From Nocardioidaceae bacterium (GTDB taxonomy: Bacteria; Actinomycetota; Actinomycetes; Propionibacteriales; Nocardioidaceae): DNA of 64,000 nucleotides. Positions 1-8,863 of the stretch are shown here, piece by piece. The notes under the pieces were generated by a model, which worked only from the letters and a program-made list of their open reading frames with translations, ran no database searches and had not been told where the DNA came from. The stretch covers positions 4,636 to 68,635 of the forward strand of contig JAICXL010000005.1 in assembly GCA_025980475.1 (NCBI GenBank). Reading direction: 5' to 3'. A program made the position numbers and the translations under genes. Numbering within the stretch: position 1 is the stretch's first letter; each line of letters starts with the position of its first letter.

Positions 1-964
1 CCGCGGGGTCGGTGGCCATCGCCCCGGCGATCCGGGCGGCGGCCGAGAAGCTCAGCGGGGCGATCACTGCCACGCCGGCGCCGAGCAGGGTGAAGCCGAC
101 CACCGCGACCGGCCAGGTCGGTGCGAACACCACGAGCGCGAGCGCCGCACAGGCCACGACGGCGCCGATGCGGAGCACGGGCACCGGTCCGAAGCGGGCG
201 ACCAGGCCGTCGCCGGCGAGCCGGATCGCTCCGCTCGCGACGAGGTAGGGGAAGGTCGCCAGCGCCACCAGCCCGCTCGGGGTGGGGAAGGTGTTGCGCA
301 GGTAGGTCGGTCCCCACGTCGACGCCGCCGTGTCGACCATGTAGAAGAGGACCATCGCGACGCCGACCAGCACGATCGGCCGCCACGGCACCTGCACCCG
401 CGCCGCCGCCTCCAGTGCCTGCTCGGCCCGGCGCAGGAACGGCGCGAACAGCACCACCAGTGGCACCACCGCCAGCGCGCCGGTGACGGCGAACGGGAGG
501 CCAGGTGTCGCCAGCGTGAAGCCCGAGCCGGCGATGCCGCCCAGGGTCCAGGCGCCATGGAAGGACGGCAGGATCGGTCGCCCGTAGCGGTGCTCGAGCG
601 CGACGGCCTGCATGTTGGTGGTGGCGTCGACGGTGCCGAGCGCGACGCCGTACGCCGCCATCGAGGTGACGAAGAGCCAGAACGCGCCGGCGGTCGCGAA
701 GACGGGCACCGCGACCGCGATGACGGCCAGCCCGCCGCGGAGGAGGACGGCGCTGTCCGTGCGCCGGCTCAGTGTCTCCGCGACCACCGACCCGACCCCC
801 GCGAGGAGCACCATCATCAGCAGCAGGCCCGAGAGGGTGAGCTCCCCGATGTGCCAGATCCGCTGCACCTCGGGCAGCCTGGTGGTCAGCCCGATGAACA
901 CGAAGCCCTGGGTGGAGAAGGCGGCCGCGGCGGCCAGCCGCGATCGGTGCAACGGAGCGGTCAC
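1..964 (-). CDS. MFS-type transporter, partial (3' end runs off the window start)
   Basis: Absent from the ORF track because there is no stop inside the window. Hand translation of the minus strand gives a continuous GC3-rich hydrophobic frame (..FAPTWPVAVVGFTLLGAGVAVIAPLSFSAAARIAG..) typical of MFS permeases. Candidate starts are GTG 964, TTG 952 and GTG 901; start uncertain. Confidence 0.6.
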   Translation of the reverse strand, partial: MTAPLHRSRLAAAAAFSTQGFVFIGLTTRLPEVQRIWHIGELTLSGLLLMMVLLAGVGSVVAETLSRRTDSAVLLRGGLAVIAVAVPVFATAGAFWLFVTSMAAYGVALGTVDATTNMQAVALEHRYGRPILPSFHGAWTLGGIAGSGFTLATPGLPFAVTGALAVVPLVVLFAPFLRRAEQALEAAARVQVPWRPIVLVGVAMVLFYMVDTAASTWGPTYLRNTFPTPSGLVALATFPYLVASGAIRLAGDGLVARFGPVPVLRIGAVVACAALALVVFAPTWPVAVVGFTLLGAGVAVIAPLSFSAAARIAGAMATDPA

Positions 965-1023
965 CGGCTGATGATCCCAGAAGGGGCGGCGGTCCGCTGC
1001 GACCGGTTTGCGATGATCGGGGG

Positions 1024-1605
1024 ATGGAGGCAGGTGCGGACGAGGACCCGAACGAGCTCTGGCTGGTGCGGCACGGCGAGACCGAGTGGAGCCGGACCGG
1101 CCGGCACACCGGCACCACCGAGGTGTCGCTGACCGAGCAGGGCGAGGAGGTCGCCCGCGGGTTGCGCGAGCGGCTCGCGGGTGTCGACTTCGGGCTGGTC
1201 CTCACCAGCCCGAGGGAACGCGCCCGGAGGACGGCGGCGCTGGCCGGCTTCCCCGACGCGCACGTCGAAGCAGACCTGGCCGAGTGGGACTACGGCGACT
1301 ACGAGGGCATCACCACGGCACAGATCCGCGAGCAGGTGCCGGGCTGGACGGTGTGGAGCCACCCCTGCCCGGGCGGCGAGACCGCGGCCCAGGTGGCTGC
1401 CCGGATGGACCGCGTCCTGGCCCGGGTGCGCGCGCACGGCGGCCGGGTCCTGGCCTTCGGCCACGGGCACGCATCCCGCGCCCTGGCTGCCCGCTGGCTC
1501 GACCAGCCGGTCGCCGAGGGCCGCCTCTTCAGCCTTGGTACGGCGACCATCTCCGTGCTCGGCTACGAGCACGGGGGACCCGTCGTCGACCGCTGGAACA
1601 GCTGA
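1024..1605 (+). CDS. histidine phosphatase (phosphoglycerate-mutase-like) family protein
   Basis: 193 aa with the catalytic RHGET motif (LVRHGETEWS) and a second His region (GHGHASRA). Divergent from the MFS gene. Confidence 0.9.
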   Translation: MEAGADEDPNELWLVRHGETEWSRTGRHTGTTEVSLTEQGEEVARGLRERLAGVDFGLVLTSPRERARRTAALAGFPDAHVEADLAEWDYGDYEGITTAQIREQVPGWTVWSHPCPGGETAAQVAARMDRVLARVRAHGGRVLAFGHGHASRALAARWLDQPVAEGRLFSLGTATISVLGYEHGGPVVDRWNS

Positions 1606-1624
1606 GGGCGGCTACCCTTGACGT

Positions 1625-2254
1625 GTGTCCCTCGCGGCCTCCTGCCCCCGGTGCACGTCCCCGCTGCAGCAGGGTGACGAGGGGTGGTCCTGCCTCCAGC
1701 ACGGCGACGTCGAGCCGCTGTGGCGTCCGGAGCGCGTCGACTACGACGCCTTCGCCGCGCTGGTCCGCCGGGCCGGGGACCTGCCGATCTACCTGCCCTG
1801 GCCGATGAGCCCCGGCTGGTCGATCGCCGACTTCGGCTGCGTGTCCGGCGCCGGCCCGTCCGCCACGGTGACCACCACCGCGGGGATCAGTGACCTCGAC
1901 GGGGAGGTCGAGGTCAGCGTCGTCGCCGAGGATCCCGGCGTCGGGCTCGGTGCCCGGGTGGCCGGGGCAAAGCACACCGACCCCGGTGACCAGGTCGGCG
2001 TCGGCCCGCCGGCCGTCCGCGTCCGGGCCGGCGGTCGAGCGGTGTCGATGTGGGTGGTCGACGTCGACGCCGGCGACGACTTCCTCGGCAGCTCCGTCTT
2101 CGCCGGCGAGGCCGACGGCCGGTGGCTCTGGCTCGTGCTCCGGCCCGCCTCCGCCGCGCTGTTGCTGCACGACGAGTGGTTGCTCGCCGACGTCACCGGC
2201 TTCGGTCCCCAGGCGCTGGAGATGCCCTTCGGCGGCCCGCGTCCCGCCTGGTGA
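1625..2254 (+). CDS. conserved hypothetical protein with N-terminal zinc-ribbon-like CPRC..C..H motif
   Basis: 209-aa GC3-rich ORF with a GTG start 20 nt after the upstream stop. No catalytic motif recognised. Confidence 0.7.
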   Translation: MSLAASCPRCTSPLQQGDEGWSCLQHGDVEPLWRPERVDYDAFAALVRRAGDLPIYLPWPMSPGWSIADFGCVSGAGPSATVTTTAGISDLDGEVEVSVVAEDPGVGLGARVAGAKHTDPGDQVGVGPPAVRVRAGGRAVSMWVVDVDAGDDFLGSSVFAGEADGRWLWLVLRPASAALLLHDEWLLADVTGFGPQALEMPFGGPRPAW

Positions 2255-2287
2255 GGTGCCACCGCGGCAAGCCCTAGGCTGGCGATC

Positions 2288-3145
2288 GTGCGCATCGACC
2301 TCCACACGCACACGACGCGGTCCGACGGCACGGAGTCACCGGCGGCGCTCGTGCGCCTGGCTCGACGGGCCGGCCTCGACGTGGTGGCGATCACCGACCA
2401 CGACACGACCGCCGGCTGGGAGGAGGCTGCGGCTGCCGCGGACGATGCCGGCATCGAGCTGGTCCGCGGGATGGAGCTCAGCACCCGGCACGGCGGCCGG
2501 AGCGTGCACCTGCTCGCCTACCTGACCGACCCGGCGGACGCGGAGCTGCTCGCCGAGACCGAGCGGGTGGTCGCAGGTCGGCGTGACCGGGTGCCCGCGC
2601 TGCTCGCCAAGCTGACTGCCGCGGGAGTCGAGCTCACGGCCGACGACATCGAGCGGGCGACCCCGCCCGGTGCGGTCACCGGCCGGCCGCACATCGCCGA
2701 CGCGCTGGTGGCCCGCGGCGTGGTCACCTCCCGCGACGCGGCGTTCGCGACCATCCTCGGGCCGAACGGGCCCGGCTTCGTGCGCCGCTATGCGACTCCG
2801 CTGGTCGAGGCGATCGGCCTGGTGGCCCGCGCCGGCGGGGTCAGCGTCCTGGCCCACCCGTGGGCCCGGTCGAGCAGGGAGGTGCTCGACCGCGAGACGC
2901 TCGCGCGACTCCGCGACGCCGGCCTGACCGGTGTCGAGGTCGATCACCAGGACCACGACAGCGACGTCCGCCGCGAGCTGCGCGCGCTCGCGGACCAGCT
3001 CGGACTCGTCGTCACGGGCTCCAGCGACTGGCACGGCGCCGGCAAGGCCGACCACGAGCTGGGCTGCAACACCACCGACCCCGAGCAGTACGCGCGCCTC
3101 AAGGAGTGCGCCCGCGCGGCGGCCGCGGCGGCCGGCCAGGGCTGA
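2288..3145 (+). CDS. PHP-domain metal-dependent phosphoesterase (TrpH/YciV-like)
   Basis: N-terminal RIDLHTHTTRSDG motif and AITDHDT, typical PHP His/Asp metal ligands. Confidence 0.9.
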   Translation: MRIDLHTHTTRSDGTESPAALVRLARRAGLDVVAITDHDTTAGWEEAAAAADDAGIELVRGMELSTRHGGRSVHLLAYLTDPADAELLAETERVVAGRRDRVPALLAKLTAAGVELTADDIERATPPGAVTGRPHIADALVARGVVTSRDAAFATILGPNGPGFVRRYATPLVEAIGLVARAGGVSVLAHPWARSSREVLDRETLARLRDAGLTGVEVDHQDHDSDVRRELRALADQLGLVVTGSSDWHGAGKADHELGCNTTDPEQYARLKECARAAAAAAGQG

Positions 3146-3177
3146 GCCGCGTACGCCGCGACTCCGGCGGACGAGGT

Positions 3178-3978
3178 CTACTTCCGGCCCAACGACTGGA
3201 AGCGCTGCAGCACCGGGCCCGGCACCAGGCGCGCAGCGCCGGCGATCGCCTTGTAGCGCAGCGACGGCACCGAGATGGCCCGACCGGCAGCCAGGTCCCC
3301 CAGCGCCTCCTTGACCAGGTCGTCGGCCTGCAGCCACAGGAAGCGCGGCGCCGAGTTGTGGCCGACGCCGAAGCGCTCGTGGAACTCCGTCCGGACGAAC
3401 CCGGGGCACAGCGCCATCACGGTCACTCCACTGCCGGCGTACTCCGCGTGCGCCCACTGGCTGAGCCGGATCACGTAGGCCTTGGCGGCGCTGTAGCTGC
3501 CGCGGGGCAGGAACCCCGCCACCGACGCCACGTTGACGATCTGGCCACGGCCCCGCGGGACCATCGCGGACAGGGCAACGTGGGTCAGCCGCATGGGTGC
3601 GACCACGTGCACGTCGAGCAGCGACTGCTCGGCCTCGAGCGGATTGTCCAGGAAGGGCCTCTTCAGTCCGAACCCGGCGTTGTTGACCAGCAGGTCCACG
3701 GGCCGGTCCGGGTCACCAAGCCGCCGCTCGACCTGCGCGAGCTGGGCGCGGTCGACGAGGTCGGCGGGGAGCACCTCGACGGTGACGCCGTGGCGGGCAC
3801 GCAGCCCGGCGGCGACGTCGTGCAGCCGATCCTCGTTGCGGGCGACCAGGACGAGGTCGTGGCCACGGGTGGCGAGCTGGTCGGCGAAGGCGCGACCGAT
3901 GCCGGAGGTCGGCCCGGTGACCAGTGCGGTGCCGGCCAGCGGGGAGGCGGGCGCGGAGGCGGGGGAGGAGCGCGACAT
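3178..3978 (-). CDS. SDR-family oxidoreductase
   Basis: Lies in the 3' part of the 478-aa track ORF. Has TGPTSGIGRA (TGxxxGIG cofactor motif), NNAG and the YSAAK catalytic Tyr-Lys. ATG at 3978 (alternative 3990); the upstream part of the ORF is Arg/Pro-rich junk overlapping the ParA-like gene. Confidence 0.85.
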   Translation of the reverse strand: MSRSSPASAPASPLAGTALVTGPTSGIGRAFADQLATRGHDLVLVARNEDRLHDVAAGLRARHGVTVEVLPADLVDRAQLAQVERRLGDPDRPVDLLVNNAGFGLKRPFLDNPLEAEQSLLDVHVVAPMRLTHVALSAMVPRGRGQIVNVASVAGFLPRGSYSAAKAYVIRLSQWAHAEYAGSGVTVMALCPGFVRTEFHERFGVGHNSAPRFLWLQADDLVKEALGDLAAGRAISVPSLRYKAIAGAARLVPGPVLQRFQSLGRK

Positions 3979-4038
3979 GCGGCACAGCATCGCGGGCGCG
4001 TGCGGTGTCGGCAACCCGGTGCGGCATGATGGGCCGCG

Positions 4039-4800
4039 ATGTCCACGACCCGGGTGCTCGCCGTCGCCAACCAGAAGGGTGGCGTCGCCAAGACCACCAC
4101 GGTCGCCTCCCTCGGTGCAGCCCTTGCCGACCTCGGCCAGCGGGTGCTGCTGGTCGACCTGGACCCGCAGGCCTGCCTGACCTTCAGCCTCGGCATCGAC
4201 CCCGAGGACCTCGAGGTCTCGGTCCACCACGTGCTCACCCAGGGGGCCGACCCCACTGGGGTGATCATCGAGACCGAGGACGGCGTCGACCTGCTCCCGG
4301 CGACGATCGAGCTGGCGCGGGCGGAGGCAGACCTCCTCACCCGCACCGGCCGGGAGTACGTCGTGCGCACGCTCGTCGAGGACGTGGACGGCTATGACTG
4401 GGTGCTGCTGGACTGCCCGCCGTCGCTGGGGGTGCTCACCGTCGCCGCCTTGACGGCCGCCACCGGGGTCCTGGTGCCGCTGCAGTGCGAGACGCTCTCG
4501 CACCGCGGGGTCGGCCAGCTGCTCGACACGGTGCACGACGTGCGCCGGTTCACCAACCGCGACCTGGAGGTCTGGGGCGTCCTGCCGACGCTCTACGACG
4601 GCCGCACGAACCATGCCCGCGCCGTGCTGGAGAACATCTCCGAGACCTACCAGCTCGACGTGGTGGAGCCGCCGATCCCGAAGTCGATCCGCTTCGCCGA
4701 GGCCCCCGCAGCCGGCCGGTCGATCCTGCGGACCTCGCGCAGCAGCAAAGGGGCCCAGGCCTACCGCGAGGTGGCTGCGAGCCTGCTGTCACGTAGTTGA
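4039..4800 (+). CDS. ParA/Soj-family P-loop ATPase
   Basis: Deviant Walker A (VANQKGGVAKTTT) and LLVDLDPQ motif; 253 aa. Confidence 0.9.
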   Translation: MSTTRVLAVANQKGGVAKTTTVASLGAALADLGQRVLLVDLDPQACLTFSLGIDPEDLEVSVHHVLTQGADPTGVIIETEDGVDLLPATIELARAEADLLTRTGREYVVRTLVEDVDGYDWVLLDCPPSLGVLTVAALTAATGVLVPLQCETLSHRGVGQLLDTVHDVRRFTNRDLEVWGVLPTLYDGRTNHARAVLENISETYQLDVVEPPIPKSIRFAEAPAAGRSILRTSRSSKGAQAYREVAASLLSRS

Positions 4801-4837
4801 GCCGTTCCGCGGCATCCGCCTGGCTGCCCCGGGTCGA

Positions 4838-6313
4838 CTAGCTCGCCTGGTCGCCAGCAGGTCGGCCGCCACGCGTACGGCTCCGGTTGCGGCGGCGCTT
4901 CGGGCGCTCGCCCGAGCCGGAAGCGGCCCCCGAACCTGACCCTGAACCCGACCCGGAGCCCGTCGACGCCGCGGAGTCACGGCCGCCGGACTGCTCGCGC
5001 CTCTGGTCTGAGGACCGGCCGCGGCTGCGCCCGCTGCGCTGCCCGCCGGAGCGATCGCCCCTGCCCGTGTCCTTCCTCGGGGGACGCTCGATCGTGCCCT
5101 CGGGGACCAGCCGACCCTTGGTGCCCGGCGCGATGCCCATGTCGTGGAAGAAGTGCTCGGAGCTGGAGTAGGTCTCGGCCGGGTCGTCGAACGGCAGGTC
5201 GAGGGCCTTGTTGATCATCTTCCAGCGGTGCAGGTCGGCCCAGTCGACGAAGGTGACCGCGATCCCGGTGGCACCGGCCCGCCCGGTGCGGCCGGTGCGG
5301 TGGATGTAGGTCTTCTCGTCCTCGGGGCAGGTGTAGTTGATCACGTGGGTGACGTCGTGCACGTCGATGCCGCGGGCGGCGACGTCGGTGGCGACCAGGA
5401 CCTGGATCTTGCCCTCGCGGAACCTGGTGAGGGCCTTCTCGCGGGCGACCTGTGCCATGTCACCGTGCAGCGGACTGGCCTTGAAACCGCGCTCGACGAG
5501 GTCGTCGGCGATCCGTTGCGACTGCCGCTTGGTGCGCGTGAAGACGATGGTCAGCCCGGCGCCCTCGGCCTGCAGCATCCGGCCGATCATCTCCGGCTTG
5601 TCGAGGTCGTGGGCCTGGTAGATGAACTGGGCCGTGGCCGGCACCGTGGCGTTCTCGTAGGACGACTCGGCGCGGATGTTCATCGGGTGCCGCATGTGGG
5701 TGCGCGCGAGCGCCACGATCGCCGCCGGCATGGTCGCGGAGAAGAGCATGGTCTGCCGGGTCTCCGGCGTCTTGGCCAGCAGCTTCTCGACGTCGGGTAG
5801 GAAGCCCAGGTCGAGCATCTCGTCGGCCTCGTCGAGCACCAGGCTCTTGACGTGGCTGATGTCCAGCGCCCTGCGGTTCATCAGGTCGATCAGCCGGCCC
5901 GGGGTGCCCACGACGACGTCGACGCCCTTCTCGAGGACGTCGAGCTGCTGCTCGTAGGGCACTCCGCCGTAGACGGTCAGCACCCGGATGCCGCGGTCGG
6001 CACCGGCGACGCTGAGGTCGCTGGAGACCTGCAGGGCCAGCTCGCGCGTCGGGGCCACGATCAGCGCCTGCGGCTTGCCCGGCGCGACGAGCTCCTCGTA
6101 GTCGGGGTCGTGCGCGGCCACGGCGCGCTGCAGCACCGGGATGCCGAACGCGAGCGTCTTGCCGGTGCCCGTGCGCGCCTGGCCGATCAGGTCCGTGCCC
6201 ATCAGGGCGACGGAGAGGGTCATCTCCTGGATGGCGAAAGGGGTCACGATGCCGACCCGCTCGAGGGCGTCGGCGATCTCGGGGAGGACCCCGAGCTCTC
6301 TGAAGGTGGTCAG
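4838..6313 (-). CDS. rhlE: DEAD-box ATP-dependent RNA helicase with basic RG/SG-rich C-terminal tail
   Basis: Motif I AQTGTGKT-like (ARTGTGKT), DEAD (LDEADEM), SAT and HRTGRTGRAG. The track start (GTG 6247) cuts off the Q-motif region; the in-frame upstream sequence LTTFRELGVLPEIADALERVGIVTPFAIQ is conserved-looking, implying a CTG start at 6313 (see finding). Confidence 0.85.
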   Translation of the reverse strand: MTTFRELGVLPEIADALERVGIVTPFAIQEMTLSVALMGTDLIGQARTGTGKTLAFGIPVLQRAVAAHDPDYEELVAPGKPQALIVAPTRELALQVSSDLSVAGADRGIRVLTVYGGVPYEQQLDVLEKGVDVVVGTPGRLIDLMNRRALDISHVKSLVLDEADEMLDLGFLPDVEKLLAKTPETRQTMLFSATMPAAIVALARTHMRHPMNIRAESSYENATVPATAQFIYQAHDLDKPEMIGRMLQAEGAGLTIVFTRTKRQSQRIADDLVERGFKASPLHGDMAQVAREKALTRFREGKIQVLVATDVAARGIDVHDVTHVINYTCPEDEKTYIHRTGRTGRAGATGIAVTFVDWADLHRWKMINKALDLPFDDPAETYSSSEHFFHDMGIAPGTKGRLVPEGTIERPPRKDTGRGDRSGGQRSGRSRGRSSDQRREQSGGRDSAASTGSGSGSGSGSGAASGSGERPKRRRNRSRTRGGRPAGDQAS

Positions 6314-6482
6314 GGCTCTTGCCTGTTCTGTGCGACGGCTGTTGTCTGTCGTGCCTGGTTCCGGACCCGATTCGGACCTGGCTCCGGGCCTGGTCTGCGC
6401 CGCGCCAGCCGGGGGATCTCGCGCTCGGGCGCGGCACCCCGGGGCCGCCGGCTCGGACCCAGTCTATCGGTACGCTGCGCGC

Positions 6483-7235
6483 ATGAGCGAACCGACGCAG
6501 CCGGGGGCCGCTGGCTCGACCCCGGGAGGCGCCGTGTCGGCGCCGCTGGGCGAGGCGGGCGCGGTCGCGTTCGACGACCCCGGTTACCGGGCCGCGGTGG
6601 TCGATCTGCTGGGCGCGGTCGCCTACGGCGAGCTGTCGGCCTTCGAGCGGCTCGCCGAGGACGCCAGGTCCGCGCCCTCGCTGGCCGACAAGGTCGCGCT
6701 GGGAAAGATGGCGAGCATCCAGTTCGGTCACGTCGAGCCGCTGCTCGACCGCATCGAGGCGCTCGGCGTCACGCCGGTCGCGGCGCTGGACCCCTTCCGC
6801 AAGCCCTTCGACGCCTTCCACGCCAAGACCGCGCCCAGCGACTGGCTCGAGGGGCTGATCAAGGCGTACGTCGGGGACGGGCTCGCCGCTGACTTCTACC
6901 GCGAGATCGCGGCGTTCCTCGACGCGGGCACCCGTGAGCTGATCATCGAGTCGCTGGCCGATGCCGGGCACGCGGACTTCGTCGTCGACCGGGTGCGCCG
7001 GGCGATCGAGTCCGACCCCCGGGTCGGGGGACGGCTCGCGCTGTGGGGCCGCCGGTTGATGGGCGAGGCCCTGTCGCAGGCGCAGCGGGTCGCGGCCGAG
7101 CGGGACTCCCTGGCTGCGTTGCTGGCAGGCGGGGTGGACCGGCCGGGCATGGATCTCGCGGCGCTGGGCCGGATGTTCAGCCGGATCACCGAGAACCACG
7201 CCCGGCGGATGGCCGAGCTCGGCCTCGCGGCCTGA
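6483..7235 (+). CDS. ferritin-like fold protein (conserved actinobacterial neighbour of the DEAD-box helicase)
   Basis: Internal ATG at 6483 of the 364-aa track ORF. Helical Ala/Leu/Glu-rich protein with repeated E..H-type pairs. The functional call comes from recalled family context only. Confidence 0.55.
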   Translation: MSEPTQPGAAGSTPGGAVSAPLGEAGAVAFDDPGYRAAVVDLLGAVAYGELSAFERLAEDARSAPSLADKVALGKMASIQFGHVEPLLDRIEALGVTPVAALDPFRKPFDAFHAKTAPSDWLEGLIKAYVGDGLAADFYREIAAFLDAGTRELIIESLADAGHADFVVDRVRRAIESDPRVGGRLALWGRRLMGEALSQAQRVAAERDSLAALLAGGVDRPGMDLAALGRMFSRITENHARRMAELGLAA

Positions 7236-7253
7236 ATGTCGCGCCGTGCAGCA

Positions 7254-7287
7254 GAAGGACCCCGAGCCTTCCGGCCCGGGGTCCTTC
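7254..7287. terminator. hairpin between convergent genes (bidirectional terminator candidate)
   Basis: AAGGACCCCG (7255-7264) pairs with CGGGGTCCTT (7277-7286), with a 12-nt loop. Sits between the stops of the 6483 (+) and 7294 (-) genes. Confidence 0.5.
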
Positions 7288-7293
7288 GCGGGC

Positions 7294-7557
7294 TCAGGAC
7301 TGCAGGCCCTTCTTGGTGTTTCGTCCGGTGACGGTGCTGGCGATGACCACGAGCACGGCGGCGATGATGATCGACACGATGAAGGCCAGCCAGTCGAAGC
7401 CGTTGGTGCCACCGAGCCAGCCATAGCCGATGATCACGCCAACGATGCCGCACAGGATCGTCAGCCACAGCGGCGTGTTGTCCCGTGTCCCGGGTGCGAC
7501 GAACTTGCCGAGCAGGCCGATGATGATGCCTGCGATGATCACGAATACCCAGCCCAT
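7294..7557 (-). CDS. GlsB/YeaQ/YmgE-family stress membrane protein
   Basis: MGWVFVIIAGIIIGLLGKF.. followed by glycine-zipper TM helices. ATG at 7557 is preceded by the strong RBS AAGGAGGGAG. Confidence 0.85.
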   Translation of the reverse strand: MGWVFVIIAGIIIGLLGKFVAPGTRDNTPLWLTILCGIVGVIIGYGWLGGTNGFDWLAFIVSIIIAAVLVVIASTVTGRNTKKGLQS

Positions 7558-7680
7558 GTGAAGCTCCCTCCTTGGGATCGGAAAAGTTGGTCCGGTCCGT
7601 TGGGGCAAGCATCTCCGCCCGCGCGGCGGCCAAACATCACCGATCGGTCACGGCGACGTCCGGTTGGCGGCGCCGCCGGG

Positions 7681-7902
7681 TCAGGACCGGAAGCCGACCT
7701 GGCCGCTGACACCGGTGGAGACGTCGACATAGGCCAGCTTGTCGGCCGGCACCACGACCCGGCGCCCGCGGGTGTCGCTGAGCGTGAGCACCCCGCCAGC
7801 GGCGATGGCCTTCGTGACCCGTTCCTCGATCTCGTCAGCAGCCAGGTCGGCGTCGATGGTGAGCTCTCGGTTGGCGTTCTGCACGCCGATCTTGACCTCC
7901 AT
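7681..7902 (-). CDS. DUF3107-family small protein (TB9.4-like)
   Basis: 73 aa, MEVKIGVQNANRELTIDADL.., with RBS AAGAGGAGG upstream of the ATG at 7902. The rest of the 407-aa track ORF is junk. Confidence 0.85.
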   Translation of the reverse strand: MEVKIGVQNANRELTIDADLAADEIEERVTKAIAAGGVLTLSDTRGRRVVVPADKLAYVDVSTGVSGQVGFRS

Positions 7903-7964
7903 CAGGAGGACCTCCTCTTTCGTGCTCTCGGTGCGCGGTCCAGGGCCGCGGTGCGGGGCGGGGG

Positions 7965-8588
7965 TCAGTGCTCGTCGGTGAGCGGGTAGCCGCGGATTCC
8001 GCGCCAGGCGAGCCCGGCGACCAGGGCGGCCGCATCGTCCCGGGGCATCCGGGACCCGTCCTGCAGCCAGAACCGGGCGCTGACCTGCGCCATTCCCACC
8101 AGCGAGACCGCGAGCAGCCGGGACTGCTCGTCGGTGAGCCCGGTGTCCTCGTGGATCACGCGTGCGATCAGGCGTGCACACTCCGTGGTCACCCGGTCGA
8201 CCCGCCGGCGGACGGACGTCTCGTTGGTCAGGTCGGACTCGAAGACCAGCCGGAAGGCGCCCTCGTCGCTCGCCACGTAGTCGTAGAAGGCGTGCACGGC
8301 CGCCGTGACGCGCTCCTTGTTGTCCTCGGTCGACTCGAGAGCCTGCTGCGAGCTGGAGATGATCGTGTCGCAGGCCTGGTCGAGCAGCGCCAGGTAGAGG
8401 TCGAGCTTGCCCGGGAAGTGCTGGTAGAGCACCGGCTTGGAGACCCCGGCCCGTTCGGCGATGTCGTCCATCGCGGCGGCGTGGTAGCCCTGCGCCACGA
8501 AGACCTCCAGCGCGGCACCGAGCAGCTGGGTGCGGCGCTGGCGCCGGGGGAGACGCCCGCCGCGGGGTCTCTCGTCGATCGTGCTCAC
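7965..8588 (-). CDS. TetR/AcrR-family transcriptional regulator
   Basis: N-terminal HTH (MDDIAERAGVSKPVLYQHFPGKLDLY); 207 aa. Confidence 0.9.
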   Translation of the reverse strand: MSTIDERPRGGRLPRRQRRTQLLGAALEVFVAQGYHAAAMDDIAERAGVSKPVLYQHFPGKLDLYLALLDQACDTIISSSQQALESTEDNKERVTAAVHAFYDYVASDEGAFRLVFESDLTNETSVRRRVDRVTTECARLIARVIHEDTGLTDEQSRLLAVSLVGMAQVSARFWLQDGSRMPRDDAAALVAGLAWRGIRGYPLTDEH

Positions 8589-8863
8589 AGGGAGACCCTA
8601 CTGTGCTGCCCGCGCCTCGCCGGCCGTGGCGCCGTGGTGCCTGCCGGCCGCCCCAGTCGGACCCGCAGGTCCTCGGTTGGTGGCAGGAGGGCCGAGGCAG
8701 GCGTCGCGCACTGCACAGCACCGGTGGTGAGGGCGATGCGCGCCTTCGAGTGACGACCGTTCCGGATGGCGGGACGATCGCCCGCGGTCGGCGGTCCCTG
8801 GGGAACATGAAGGCTCGTCGCGGTGTTGAACCGGACGAACCGTCTGCCGACCGGAGGAGAGCC

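Noticed and set aside
4912-4966. (GS)n-coding microsatellite-like stretch in the DEAD-box helicase tail as a separate repeat element.
   Set aside because: It is part of the usual low-complexity RG/SG-rich C-terminal extension of DEAD-box helicases. The repeat units are imperfect and there is nothing to suggest an independent function.
8603-8863. N-terminal 87-aa extension of MoeZ given by the track (start 8603), and possible regulatory RNA in the 275-bp tetR-moeZ spacer.
   Set aside because: The extension is Arg-rich and has no homology-like features, whereas GTG 8864 has a GGAGGAG RBS and gives the usual PPLVEP.. N-terminus. I could not recognise any riboswitch consensus in the spacer by eye.
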